DNA of 64,000 nucleotides from a virus (lineage: Duplodnaviria; Caudoviricetes). The position numbers and the translations under genes were made by a program. Positions 26,853 through 36,051 of this stretch are shown here, piece after piece; the stretch's first letter is position 1; every line of letters begins with the position of its first letter. The stretch is from IMG/VR virus record IMGVR_UViG_3300010352_001202; one strand, given 5' to 3'. The notes beneath the pieces were generated by a model that saw only the letters and a list, made by a program, of their open reading frames with translations, was not told the origin of the DNA and ran no database searches.

Positions 26853-27155
26853 ATGTCATATAGAATAAAAATTACCACTACAAAGCCAAACGGAACACCT
26901 TGGTTTTATGAGAGTGGAACACCTAATGCTGCAACAATTCTGGCAGATATTATTACCTGGAATAAGGCGCAGCCTGGCTATGTTAGCGGCTTCGGCGTCC
27001 ATGTTGGCAATAATATTTACGAACACACCATTATCTTTGATTCAGCGTTAAACGGCGATGCATGGTTGCTTGCAAAGCAAACCGAGCCAAATAACATGAT
27101 TCGTGATGCCTATCTTGCCGGTTTACCAGTTCGACAAGATATCGTTATTACCTAA
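26853..27155 (+). CDS. Hypothetical protein
   Basis: 100 aa; AAGGA SD. Confidence 0.65.
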   Translation: MSYRIKITTTKPNGTPWFYESGTPNAATILADIITWNKAQPGYVSGFGVHVGNNIYEHTIIFDSALNGDAWLLAKQTEPNNMIRDAYLAGLPVRQDIVIT

Positions 27156-27160
27156 TATTC

Positions 27161-27248
27161 GGAAGATTGGCAGAGCGGCCGATTGCGTTAGTCTTGAAAA
27201 CTAAAGGTCCGAAAGGGCCCGTGAGTTCGAATCTCACATCTTCCTCCA
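27161..27248 (+). tRNA. tRNA-Ser(TGA)
   Basis: Loop CTTGAAA; long variable arm. Confidence 0.95.
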
Positions 27249-27315
27249 TAATAAATAGCACCATTTGATCCTCTAACACATAAGTAGTATACTTTTGATA
27301 GTTAAGGAGTAACGA

Positions 27316-27603
27316 ATGACCGAATTCTCGTTTGATGAATGGGCTAAACTGTACGAAGCCAATCCTGCCGAATTTGAACGCAGAAGAGCAGAAGTGCTAG
27401 AACAGGAAATTCAAAAAGCGCCTGTGGCACATCGGAACAATCTTAGATTGCTCCAAATGCAGTGCAATGCAATGCATGAAACTATGTCTCCCATGGAAGC
27501 AACCGTTGAGATGTCAAAGATGATGACTGCAAAGCTCAACGAAATGAAGACTCCGTTAACCCAACTAAGAGCAATCTGCGAAGATATTGTTAATCCCGAA
27601 TGA
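27316..27603 (+). CDS. DUF3135-like protein
   Basis: FDEWAKLYEANPAEFERRR...IQKAP...RLLQ. Confidence 0.65.
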   Translation: MTEFSFDEWAKLYEANPAEFERRRAEVLEQEIQKAPVAHRNNLRLLQMQCNAMHETMSPMEATVEMSKMMTAKLNEMKTPLTQLRAICEDIVNPE

Positions 27604-28070
27604 TAACTCTTATTGCAGCCATCGGTCGCAATAATGAATTGGGACTAAATAATAAGATGTTGTGGAATATTCCAGAGGACATGAAACACTTCAAATCCTA
27701 TACCATGGGTAAAGTTATTATCATGGGAAGGAAAACATTTGCAAGTATTGGTTGCAAGGGTTTACCCGGTAGAAAGTGTATAGTTGTTTCCACGCAGGAT
27801 TTGCATGGTTCTGCTATTAGAGCTAGTACGATAGATGCAGCACTATCTATTGATTACTGTTACCCGGAAATTGTGGTAATAGGTGGCGAATCAGTCTATA
27901 GGCAAACAATCATTCATGCTGACAAACTTGTGATAACGCACATAGACGCAGAATTTGAAGCAGACACATTTTTCCCATATATTGATCCGGCGCAATGGGT
28001 GATAAATAGTACAATAAATGGGAGCAATGAAACTTATAACTATAAGTTTGTTGAATATGTGCGTAAATGA
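27600..28070 (+). CDS. frd: Dihydrofolate reductase
   Basis: WNIPEDMKHFK, IMGRKTF, LPGR, IGG, ADTFFP. Confidence 0.95.
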   Translation: MITLIAAIGRNNELGLNNKMLWNIPEDMKHFKSYTMGKVIIMGRKTFASIGCKGLPGRKCIVVSTQDLHGSAIRASTIDAALSIDYCYPEIVVIGGESVYRQTIIHADKLVITHIDAEFEADTFFPYIDPAQWVINSTINGSNETYNYKFVEYVRK

Positions 28071-28297
28071 GGGCAGCAGAATTTCTAATAGAAAAACCAG
28101 TTGAATCAAGTTGGATTGTTGATCTAAGATTTAGCCGTCCGAGCAAGACATTGACAATGCGTTTGTCGAATGGTAGAGAATTTAGAATTCCTGGCATGAC
28201 AAGGACGACCTTTGAGAGATGGACAAATGCCCCTTCAAAGGGAAGATTCTTTCATACAAACATCAAAGACAGATATCAGGTAAATAGAATAAAGTGA
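28067..28297 (+). CDS. KTSC-domain protein
   Basis: VESSWI...APSKGRFFHTNIKDRY. Confidence 0.8.
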   Translation: MRAAEFLIEKPVESSWIVDLRFSRPSKTLTMRLSNGREFRIPGMTRTTFERWTNAPSKGRFFHTNIKDRYQVNRIK

Positions 28298-28465
28298 ACA
28301 TACGCCAGACTATAAAAGATACAAAGAAGGGTGTAAGGGAACTAAAGAAAACAAATCCACACCTTTTTCCAGAATATGTAGCAGTATTGCATGCAGAAGC
28401 AGATCTCAGATGTGCAAAGCAGAATTTACTTGATGCTAAAGCAAGATGGAAAAAGGTAGGTAATT

Positions 28466-28540
28466 AGGACATTATATCAGCGGTAGATTGCGATCGTGAC
28501 AAGATCGAGGTGAGAGGTTCAACTCCTCTATGTCCTACCA
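28466..28540 (+). tRNA. tRNA-Val(GAC)
   Basis: AGGACAT/ATGTCCT; loop GTGACAA; ACCA. Confidence 0.85.
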
Positions 28541-28581
28541 GTATTTCATGGAAAGCATCTGGGTCTTTGTATAAATACATT

Positions 28582-29223
28582 ATGTGGACCTGTAAACATT
28601 GTAATCTATTATTTTATTTGTCTAAGACAACCGAAAAAGCAAATCACTCACGATGGTGTACATCAAACCCCAAGAATATATTTTATAGAGAGCAGGTTGC
28701 CAACCATGCAAAAATAATGTCCGTATCTAATATAGGAAGAATTCGGACAGAAGAAACAAAAGATCGAATAAGCAAATCCCGCAGAGGAAAATATGTAGGT
28801 GATAAAAATCCATTTTATGGAAAAACTCATACCGAGGATAGTAGAAATAAAATAAGCAATGCAGGACTGAGTAGTAAACATCGTAGGTTGGTAAGATCTA
28901 TTAGAAAATATGTAAGAAAAGACGGGACTGAAATATTATTAGATTCGTCGTGGGAAGAGATACTTGCGCAAAGATTAGATGAACTGGACATAAAATGGAT
29001 AAGACCCGTTGATCCTATAGATTGGGTAGATAAGACAAACAAGAAAAGGCATTATTTTCCGGATTTTTATTTAGAAGAATATAATATCTATCTCGATCCA
29101 AAAAATACAGCAGCTATGTCAGCACAACGGGAAAAGGTGGAGTGGTTATTGCTGAATAGGAAAGATGTTTATTTTTTGAAAACTCTCAAAGAATGTAAAG
29201 ATTACACACCGGCGTTCGTATAA
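28582..29223 (+). mobile_element. NUMOD3 + PD-(D/E)xK (TnsA-like) endonuclease
   Basis: NPFYGKTHTE, SSWE, YFPDFYL...YLDPK. Confidence 0.85.
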
Positions 29224-29283
29224 TGGAGAATACAGCTCTCTTCTAAAGAGCGAATAGGGGTTCGATTCCTCTACGCCGGACCA
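29209..29283 (+). tRNA. tRNA-Arg(TCT)
   Basis: CCGGCGT/ACGCCGG; loop CTTCTAA. Confidence 0.93.
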
Positions 29284-29310
29284 GAGGTACCATATAACAG
29301 AAAGACACAT

Positions 29311-29538
29311 ATGACAGATGAGGATCGTACTGTAGGACGGTTAAAGGGTCACAACATCCTTATAAAATTCAAGGATGGCGAAGAACTAACATTGCATGTC
29401 GATGACATAGATGATGAGGGACTCAATAGTGAATGGTTTCAAGATGTCGAACAATATCTAAATCGCAAGATAGAGTATTTCCCTACTGCTGGATTCTCTG
29501 TGGCACCCGATGTTATCAAATATGTTAGAAGAATATGA
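29311..29538 (+). CDS. Hypothetical protein
   Basis: 75 aa ORF. Confidence 0.6.
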   Translation: MTDEDRTVGRLKGHNILIKFKDGEELTLHVDDIDDEGLNSEWFQDVEQYLNRKIEYFPTAGFSVAPDVIKYVRRI

Positions 29539-30017
29539 CAACAATAACACTATTTTATAGTAATTCCCATCCATTTTCCAATTGGTACATGGCTTCGTTT
29601 ATTCATAACGGACATGAATTCAATTGCTCCGAACAATACATGATGTACAAGAAGGCTATGCTCTTCAAGGATTATGATGTTGCTGAAATGATTATGCAAC
29701 AAGGTCATCCGCGTAAGCAGAAGTTTCTCGGAAGACAAGTTCGTGGATTTGATCCGGAAAAGTGGAATGCAGAATGTAAAGACATTATGGTTCCCGGACT
29801 TGTATCTAAGTTTACACAAGATTCCTATTCTTTAACAACATTACTCGATACAGGTGATTCAATTATTGCCGAAGCAAGCCCAACTGATAAGATTTGGGGG
29901 ATTGGATTATCTGAGAATGATCCTAAAGCATTGGATCCTAAAAATTGGCAAGGCACAAACTGGCTTGGTGAAGTCCTAATGAGGACAAGAGATGAAATCC
30001 GTACCGGAAAATATTGA
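29535..30017 (+). CDS. NADAR (YbiA-like) protein
   Basis: FSNWY, SEQYMMYKKAMLF, KFTQ, EASPTDKIWGIG, GTNWLG. Confidence 0.92.
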   Translation: MTTITLFYSNSHPFSNWYMASFIHNGHEFNCSEQYMMYKKAMLFKDYDVAEMIMQQGHPRKQKFLGRQVRGFDPEKWNAECKDIMVPGLVSKFTQDSYSLTTLLDTGDSIIAEASPTDKIWGIGLSENDPKALDPKNWQGTNWLGEVLMRTRDEIRTGKY

Positions 30018-30139
30018 GCATAGAATACAGCTCAAGGAAGACGAAATAAGAAGATATAGGCTTGTCCTGGTTAACTATCCACTTGATAGGTTGAATAGAT
30101 CGGGCATACCATATCTGACACATTTACAAGATCAGCTAA

Positions 30140-30622
30140 ATGAACTCTACGAAGAACGAGCAAAACGAAAAGTTTAGAGAAAAGCTCGAGATGGGAATTA
30201 AGGCAGAAAATGTTGCCTATTCCTACATGATTAAGCACTATGGGTTTGTTGAAGATTTACGCCAACAGAAGCATGGTGAGTTTGCTGGTCCGCGATTAGT
30301 AGGTACAGAAGGCAGAGTTATATTGCCAGATTTCCTTGTATATACAAAGGAAAAAGGCGCATTTGCAGTCGATGTTAAAGCAAAGACATATCTGTATCCA
30401 TTTGAGGGTAAACAGTGTTTTACAGTTGATAATAAATTTGAAGAATATAAAAGAGCAGTTCAAATCAAGAGGTTGGATTACCTTGCATTAATTTTTTCTT
30501 ATAAGGATAGAATGTACTTCTATAAGGATACTGATTGCATTGGATCTCAATATCTCGATAATGAATACGGTTCTGGAATGGTATATTACTTTGAATTTGA
30601 TAAAAGACGATTGACATACTAA
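30140..30622 (+). CDS. PD-(D/E)xK-like nuclease
   Basis: GIKAE...LPDFL...VDVKAK. Confidence 0.6.
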   Translation: MNSTKNEQNEKFREKLEMGIKAENVAYSYMIKHYGFVEDLRQQKHGEFAGPRLVGTEGRVILPDFLVYTKEKGAFAVDVKAKTYLYPFEGKQCFTVDNKFEEYKRAVQIKRLDYLALIFSYKDRMYFYKDTDCIGSQYLDNEYGSGMVYYFEFDKRRLTY

Positions 30623-30623
30623 C

Positions 30624-30932
30624 ATGAGCCACTGGAATTATAGAGTTTGTAAATCAACATACAAGGGTGACGGTTACGAAGAAGTCACCTACGAAATTCG
30701 CGAAGCATATTACAATGCTGACGGTAGCATCTGGGCTGTAACAGAAACAGCAAAAGGTGTATTTGGAGACAACATCCAAGAAATCAAGCAATGCCTTGAA
30801 TGGATGCAACTTGCGGTAAATAAAGAAGTAATCGATCTTGATACTCTTGTATTTGCCCCAATGGACAAAACAGACACAGGCATCGAAGAAGAATGGCTGG
30901 ATTCAGATAGTGATATTCTGCCGCCCTCGTAA
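30624..30932 (+). CDS. Hypothetical phage protein
   Basis: MSHWNYRV...IREAYY. Confidence 0.7.
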   Translation: MSHWNYRVCKSTYKGDGYEEVTYEIREAYYNADGSIWAVTETAKGVFGDNIQEIKQCLEWMQLAVNKEVIDLDTLVFAPMDKTDTGIEEEWLDSDSDILPPS

Positions 30933-30969
30933 CGCGGTCACGAGAGTTTGATTCTCTCATCCAGCACCA
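30896..30969 (+). tRNA. tRNA-Thr(CGT) with A19-U56 elbow
   Basis: GCTGGAT/ATCCAGC-ACCA; loop CTCGTAA; D loop AGTGATA; T loop TTTGATT. Confidence 0.8.
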
Positions 30970-30970
30970 A

Positions 30971-31045
30971 GTCCCTATAGTTCAATGGATAGAATAAGTA
31001 TTTCCGAAGTATTAGATTCAGGTTCGATTCCTGATAGGGGCTCCA
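30971..31045 (+). tRNA. tRNA-Arg(CCG)
   Basis: Loop TTCCGAA; A20. Confidence 0.88.
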
Positions 31046-31066
31046 CCAATAATAAGAATAATAAGA

Positions 31067-31279
31067 ATGGCATCATATTTTAGGGAAGGAAGCAATTTTA
31101 GCTTCAATGGGATAAAAGGCACGATTGTAAAAATAACAGAAACATATAGAAAGAATGTGTTAGTTATTAAAGTTTCAGAGCTGCCGAAAAATAATCAATT
31201 TAAGGGTCGTAAAGTCGAAACCATTGGTATCTTTGAATATCCGGACGGGACACTCGAGTTTATGGCAGTGATTGATTGA
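31067..31279 (+). CDS. Hypothetical protein
   Basis: 70 aa ORF. Confidence 0.55.
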   Translation: MASYFREGSNFSFNGIKGTIVKITETYRKNVLVIKVSELPKNNQFKGRKVETIGIFEYPDGTLEFMAVID

Positions 31280-31354
31280 CATAAGATCACAATATCTGTA
31301 TATTTTAACCACTGTGATGATCAAGATAAGTAAATATCTCAAGGAGACATTACA

Positions 31355-31585
31355 ATGATTGAAATTTACGGTACAGAACAATGCACCTATTGCAAGCAGG
31401 CAGTCTTGCTATGCGAATCAAAAGCAATTCAGTACGAATACACTGATGTTCGTGCTGGGTCAAATTTACAGTTATTAGAAGAAAGAGTTGGAACAAAGGT
31501 AAAGACTGTGCCACAAATTTTCAAAGATGGACAGTATATACCCGAGGGATTTTTTGGTTTACAGAAGGAATTAGCAAAAAGCTAA
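31355..31585 (+). CDS. Glutaredoxin
   Basis: CTYC, TVPQIF. Confidence 0.92.
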   Translation: MIEIYGTEQCTYCKQAVLLCESKAIQYEYTDVRAGSNLQLLEERVGTKVKTVPQIFKDGQYIPEGFFGLQKELAKS

Positions 31586-31593
31586 TAAATGAT

Positions 31594-31764
31594 ATGATTA
31601 AGAGATCATCGTACGAAGACGGATATGACTACGAAGATGACGATTATGAGGAACACCGCGGACCTCGTAAGTTTAAGAAAGATGAACCTCCTCCGGAGAA
31701 AAGAAAGAAGTGGGATCGAGAAAGCCAGTACGATCGAGACCATGACTACGATGATCGACGATAA
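31594..31764 (+). CDS. Small charged protein (56 aa)
   Basis: D/E/Y-rich ORF below the track cutoff. Confidence 0.5.
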   Translation: MIKRSSYEDGYDYEDDDYEEHRGPRKFKKDEPPPEKRKKWDRESQYDRDHDYDDRR

Positions 31765-31774
31765 ATAGTACACT

Positions 31775-31864
31775 GGAAGATAGCATGTCTGGGACATAAC
31801 GAGCCTCGAAAACTCGGCCCTTTGTGATGAGCAGGGGATGGTTCGATTCCATTATCTTCCTCCA
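31775..31864 (+). tRNA. tRNA-Ser(CGA), possible 8/4 fold
   Basis: GGAAGATA/TATCTTCC; ATGG-TTCGATT-CCAT; loop CTCGAAA; long variable arm. Confidence 0.75.
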
Positions 31865-31871
31865 GGAAAAT

Positions 31872-32099
31872 ATGAAGTTAAGTGAAATTGATCTAATTGG
31901 TAAGCCTACTCCGAGTTTTAAGCAAATTCAACTTAAACATGGTGTTAGATTTAGAGACCTAATGGTTCAACTTTCAAAAGGTATCAAGATAGAAATGGAA
32001 CATACGGGTGATTTAGCTCTCGCAAGGGAAATTGCGTTAGATCATTTGAATGAGTTTCCAGATTATTACGATAGGCTCGAACAAGTCGAAAAGAAATAA
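31872..32099 (+). CDS. DUF5661-like protein
   Basis: GIKIEMEHT...AREIALDHLNEFPDYY. Confidence 0.8.
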   Translation: MKLSEIDLIGKPTPSFKQIQLKHGVRFRDLMVQLSKGIKIEMEHTGDLALAREIALDHLNEFPDYYDRLEQVEKK

Positions 32100-32174
32100 C
32101 TCGCTGTAGTTCAATGGACAGAATAGGGCACTCCTAAGGCTTTGATCACCGTTCGATTCGGTGCAGCGGGACCA
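32100..32174 (+). tRNA. tRNA-Arg(CCT)
   Basis: Loop CTCCTAA; ACCA. Confidence 0.88.
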
Positions 32175-32180
32175 ATAAAG

Positions 32181-32206
32181 AAAAAGGGCACCAAGGTGCC
32201 CTTTTT
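32181..32206. terminator. Bidirectional intrinsic terminator
   Basis: AAAAGGGCACC-AA-GGTGCCCTTTTT between convergent transcription units. Confidence 0.85.
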
Positions 32207-32221
32207 GCTGAGCATAATTTC

Positions 32222-32638
32222 TTATGCTAGGTTTAGATCTGCTTGTCCTAATGCAACAGCAGGTTGTGTTGACCAGCTATAGCTTGTGATGGCGATATTG
32301 ATTGGTGCACCAGTTTCCTGAGGAACTGTGTTTGCAACATTAAAAATATCAACACGGAACTGTGCAATCTTTGCGCATGGCAACGGAGCACCACCGAACG
32401 GTGTTGCTGTGATAAAGCACTGTCCTGGTAGCAATGCACCTACTGCATTAGCATTTACCATAAACACGATTTCTGATTTTGTTCCATCGCTTACTACATA
32501 AGCAGCAGAACCTGTTTGCTTAACAATGTATGCATTGGTAGCAGTTGTATTATCTGCCCAACGAACGCCATTGACACGGATTTGGTTACCAGCTGTAGCT
32601 GACGGACCGAACCACTTTTCTTTGATGGGTCTTCCCAT
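32222..32638 (-). CDS. Late (probable virion) hypothetical protein
   Basis: MGRPIKEKWFG; GGAGA SD; GATAAATA on the minus strand at 32682-32689. Confidence 0.7.
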   Translation of the reverse strand: MGRPIKEKWFGPSATAGNQIRVNGVRWADNTTATNAYIVKQTGSAAYVVSDGTKSEIVFMVNANAVGALLPGQCFITATPFGGAPLPCAKIAQFRVDIFNVANTVPQETGAPINIAITSYSWSTQPAVALGQADLNLA

Positions 32639-32734
32639 TTTATCTCCTTTGGAATAATATTCCATTATTGTTTTTACATGATATTTATCTCCTTGTCGGT
32701 AAATATACAAATAAACGCGCTCAATAGGTATAAA

Positions 32735-33556
32735 ATGGATTATAAGAAACACTATGAAAGATTGATCGACAAGGCAAAGAATAGATTGCCCCCGAAGGTG
32801 AAAGAAGATCATCATATTATTCCGAAGTGTATGAATGGAACAGATGCGCCCGGTAATATCATATCCCTTTCCCCAGAAGAACATTTTGTCGCCCACCAAC
32901 TGCTTGTAAAGATATACCCGGGAAATAAGAAACTTATTTCGGCATTATCGATGATGTGCTGTAAGAGTCCGAAAAATAAAAGAAATAATAAATGGTATGG
33001 GAGGATTAGAAAGCAGTTTGCAGAAGCACATTCCGGAGTAGGAAATAACAACGCCAAACTTTCGTCCGAGCAAGTCATTGAGGTATATCATTCTACCGAA
33101 TCATATAAGTTATTATCCGAGAAATACAGTGTAGGAACCTATCAAATAATATCCATAAAAAGAAAACTAACGTATAAGAATGTGACAAGGGATATTTTAG
33201 ATCTGCCGGGATTCTATACAGAAGGTAAAACAACACGTCTCCCTTTGCCTATTGAATTTATTGAAAAGATATTTTACGATTCGGGAGATTATGCTTATTT
33301 CTGGGAAAAATATAAAGCGACAGAAAGAGTCGTCCAAAGCATAAAGAATAAAAAATCATTTAGGAAGATAACATCGGGGTTCGGAACACCTGGTCAGGTA
33401 AGACGTTACGGAATGACGCGCGATGAGGTTGAAGCAGTTTATAATGCGACCGGAACCAACCGTGATGTAGCATTGCGTTTTGGTATACATTACAATACGG
33501 TAAGAAATATCAAAGGTAAGAATTCTCGTGCCTTTGATATCTGGGAGGAATTTTGA
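32735..33556 (+). mobile_element. HNH endonuclease with repeated HTH modules
   Basis: EDHHIIPKCMNG...SPEEHFVAH; NAKLS...HTH. Confidence 0.88.
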
Positions 33557-33594
33557 TTTAGCCATTTGACACCTTATATGGTTCGCCGGCATAA

Positions 33595-33813
33595 TTGATT
33601 ATGGTAAAACAAATCGAGACGTCCAGGAACATTCGAACAACGCTTGACATGCTGCCGGTAACTACCTGGTTAGATAAAAATGTTGTTGATAATAACTGGT
33701 CATGGGTAGTATCGGATACCTACATTCCTGGTTGGGGACATCCGATGATTGTGGAATTTGAGAATCCTGTGACACCTGAATTTCTTACATTATTTAGACT
33801 TATGTTCGGATAA
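33595..33813 (+). CDS. Hypothetical protein
   Basis: 72 aa ORF. Confidence 0.5.
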   Translation: MIMVKQIETSRNIRTTLDMLPVTTWLDKNVVDNNWSWVVSDTYIPGWGHPMIVEFENPVTPEFLTLFRLMFG

Positions 33814-33821
33814 TCCCCGAT

Positions 33822-33850
33822 TTGACACATTGCATGACCGCATGCATAAT
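33822..33850 (+). promoter_or_regulatory. Sigma70-type promoter for rIIA
   Basis: TTGACA-17-CATAAT. Confidence 0.7.
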
Positions 33851-33882
33851 TGTTAGACAATAAACACAGGAAAACAACAACA

Positions 33883-36051
33883 ATGAAGCTAGATGTCGAA
33901 GTCAACGAAGTAGTATTATCGAATGTGGGAACAACGGGCGAGTTCCGTATTCGTAATTCCGCCAAGGCGTTTAAGATTCTTTCTGACGGCCTATATTCGA
34001 ACAAGATCCGCGCAGTCATTCGCGAACTATCGTGCAACGCATTGGATAGCCATGTAGGCGCCGGCAAAGCAGAAGTTCCGTTTGAAGTACATCTCCCGAC
34101 AATGCTTGAACCGTGGTTTGCGGTAAGAGACTTTGGTTTGGGCCTGGACAACGATCAAGTTGTCAATATCTACACCACCTATTTTGAATCTACCAAGACT
34201 GATTCCAATGCATTCATTGGCGCCCTTGGTTTAGGTTCAAAGTCCCCATTCAGCTACACAGAAAACTTTACTGTTACTGCCATCAAGAATGGAACCAAGC
34301 GCATCTACAGCGCATTTATTAACGACCACGGTGTTCCGTCCATTGCAGAAATGGGCGAAGAACTTACAGACGAAGGAAACGGCGTCGAAGTAAAGTTCAG
34401 CGTTACCGATCGTAGCGATTATAATTCCTTCCGCAACGAAGCACACACGGTGCTGAAGTGGTTTGAACATAAGCCAATCATCACAGGCGTTGAGGGCTTC
34501 CAGCACGGTAAGATTACCTACAAGGATAAGGACATTGTCCCGGGTGTTCATACACGCGGAGAAAACGAAGATTATTACAATCGTGGTAGCTTTGCTATCA
34601 TGGGAAATATTCCGTATCCGTTGAACTATGTTCCGGATGCACAAAAGCACTTCGGCGAACTTGCCAGCCTACTTGATTGTAATCTGGTCCTGGAATTTGA
34701 CATTGGCGAACTTGACTTTGCTGCATCCAGAGAACAGCTTAGTTATATTCCACTCACTATTGCAAGTATCAAACGGAAGCTTGAGCTTCTGAATGCCAAC
34801 CTTGCAAAGCACATTGCGAAAAGTGCAGATGTAATTGAATGTGAATGGAAAAGAGCAGAATACCTTAGAGAGCAGGCACAATCACGGTTGTTCCGCGCAG
34901 CCGTAATTCGTTATGTCACAGATTCGAAGTTTGAGTTGTTTGATGCGTCTAACCATTATGGCAGAAAAGAATTCAAATATCTTACCGCGAAGCTTGCAGA
35001 GCGTGGATTGACCATTACTGCATTCAGCACATATGGTAACGGTTCTACAACGAAGCACAGCGAGAGCCACGAATACACTAACAAGCCTAACGCTACCGGC
35101 GGCCATGAATATATTGGATTTTGGAGCATTCCGGTCGACATGAAGGTAGTTATTGTGCAAAACGATCTGAAAACTGGTTGCCAAGCCAGGGCCAGATATC
35201 ACTTTGCAAATCATTACGGAAAGCAGGCTAGCGTTTTCTGCATCACGCATAGCAGCGACGATCTTGAAGTAAGGCAAGCAGAATATGACTTGCTGATGAA
35301 AGAACTTCACAATCCACCGGTAATCATGAAGGCTAGCGAGCTCGAGAAGAAAGAGCGCGCAAAGCCAATGTCTAGCACAGGCATTGTGGAAATTGGAATC
35401 AAGGCTAACGAACGCGCCGGCCACTCTGGTGCATACATGTGGAGACCGTATCGCGAAGAACTCGACGATAATGTGACCTACTATTATGTTACACTGAATA
35501 ACTGTGATCCTATTGATCAGGAAGGTAACGGCATCAATGTGTTCAACCTGAAGGCGCAGATGGACGAGTGCGGCATTGCAGGAATTCAGAATATCAGAAT
35601 TCTCGGTGTGCGCAAAAATCGAATCAAAGAACTGCAAGATCTGGACAACTGGGTTTGGTTTGAGGATAAGTTGAAAGAAGAAACAGCGAAAATTTCTGAT
35701 GCCCATGTAGCAACACTGGTTGCCGCGGAAATGCTTGATTCTTATTACAATAAAGTGCATACTACGCAAACGATTGCAAATCTTGCAGGACCAGATTCGC
35801 ACTATGCTAAATATGTTAAGGAATATAGTAGCATAAAACGGGCAACCGGTAATGCAACAGCACTCATGACACTTTGCGGTGCCTATGGCAAAGCAGTAGA
35901 AGTGGATAAGGTGAAAAAGAGATTCGAAGATGCTAAGGCAAAGTTGTATGCTACATACCCTTTGCTGAAACATGTACAGACAAACGCGCCTGATATTGTT
36001 GTGGCGCAATACATTAAAATGGTAGACAAACAGGAGAAAGAGAATGAGTAA
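33883..36051 (+). CDS. rIIA: RIIA protein
   Basis: GHKL ATPase: IRELSCNALD, RDFGLG, STK, GLGSKS. Confidence 0.93.
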   Translation: MKLDVEVNEVVLSNVGTTGEFRIRNSAKAFKILSDGLYSNKIRAVIRELSCNALDSHVGAGKAEVPFEVHLPTMLEPWFAVRDFGLGLDNDQVVNIYTTYFESTKTDSNAFIGALGLGSKSPFSYTENFTVTAIKNGTKRIYSAFINDHGVPSIAEMGEELTDEGNGVEVKFSVTDRSDYNSFRNEAHTVLKWFEHKPIITGVEGFQHGKITYKDKDIVPGVHTRGENEDYYNRGSFAIMGNIPYPLNYVPDAQKHFGELASLLDCNLVLEFDIGELDFAASREQLSYIPLTIASIKRKLELLNANLAKHIAKSADVIECEWKRAEYLREQAQSRLFRAAVIRYVTDSKFELFDASNHYGRKEFKYLTAKLAERGLTITAFSTYGNGSTTKHSESHEYTNKPNATGGHEYIGFWSIPVDMKVVIVQNDLKTGCQARARYHFANHYGKQASVFCITHSSDDLEVRQAEYDLLMKELHNPPVIMKASELEKKERAKPMSSTGIVEIGIKANERAGHSGAYMWRPYREELDDNVTYYYVTLNNCDPIDQEGNGINVFNLKAQMDECGIAGIQNIRILGVRKNRIKELQDLDNWVWFEDKLKEETAKISDAHVATLVAAEMLDSYYNKVHTTQTIANLAGPDSHYAKYVKEYSSIKRATGNATALMTLCGAYGKAVEVDKVKKRFEDAKAKLYATYPLLKHVQTNAPDIVVAQYIKMVDKQEKENE

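Noticed and set aside
28541-28568. Possible decayed 5' half of tRNA-Arg upstream of the 28582 nuclease
   Set aside because: Similarity (GTATTTCATGGAAAG...GGTCTT) is too weak to separate from chance without an empty-site allele.
31043-31048. Encoded CCACCA after tRNA-Arg(CCG) as a decay tag
   Set aside because: Single occurrence that is plausibly chance, and 3' trimming would remove it.
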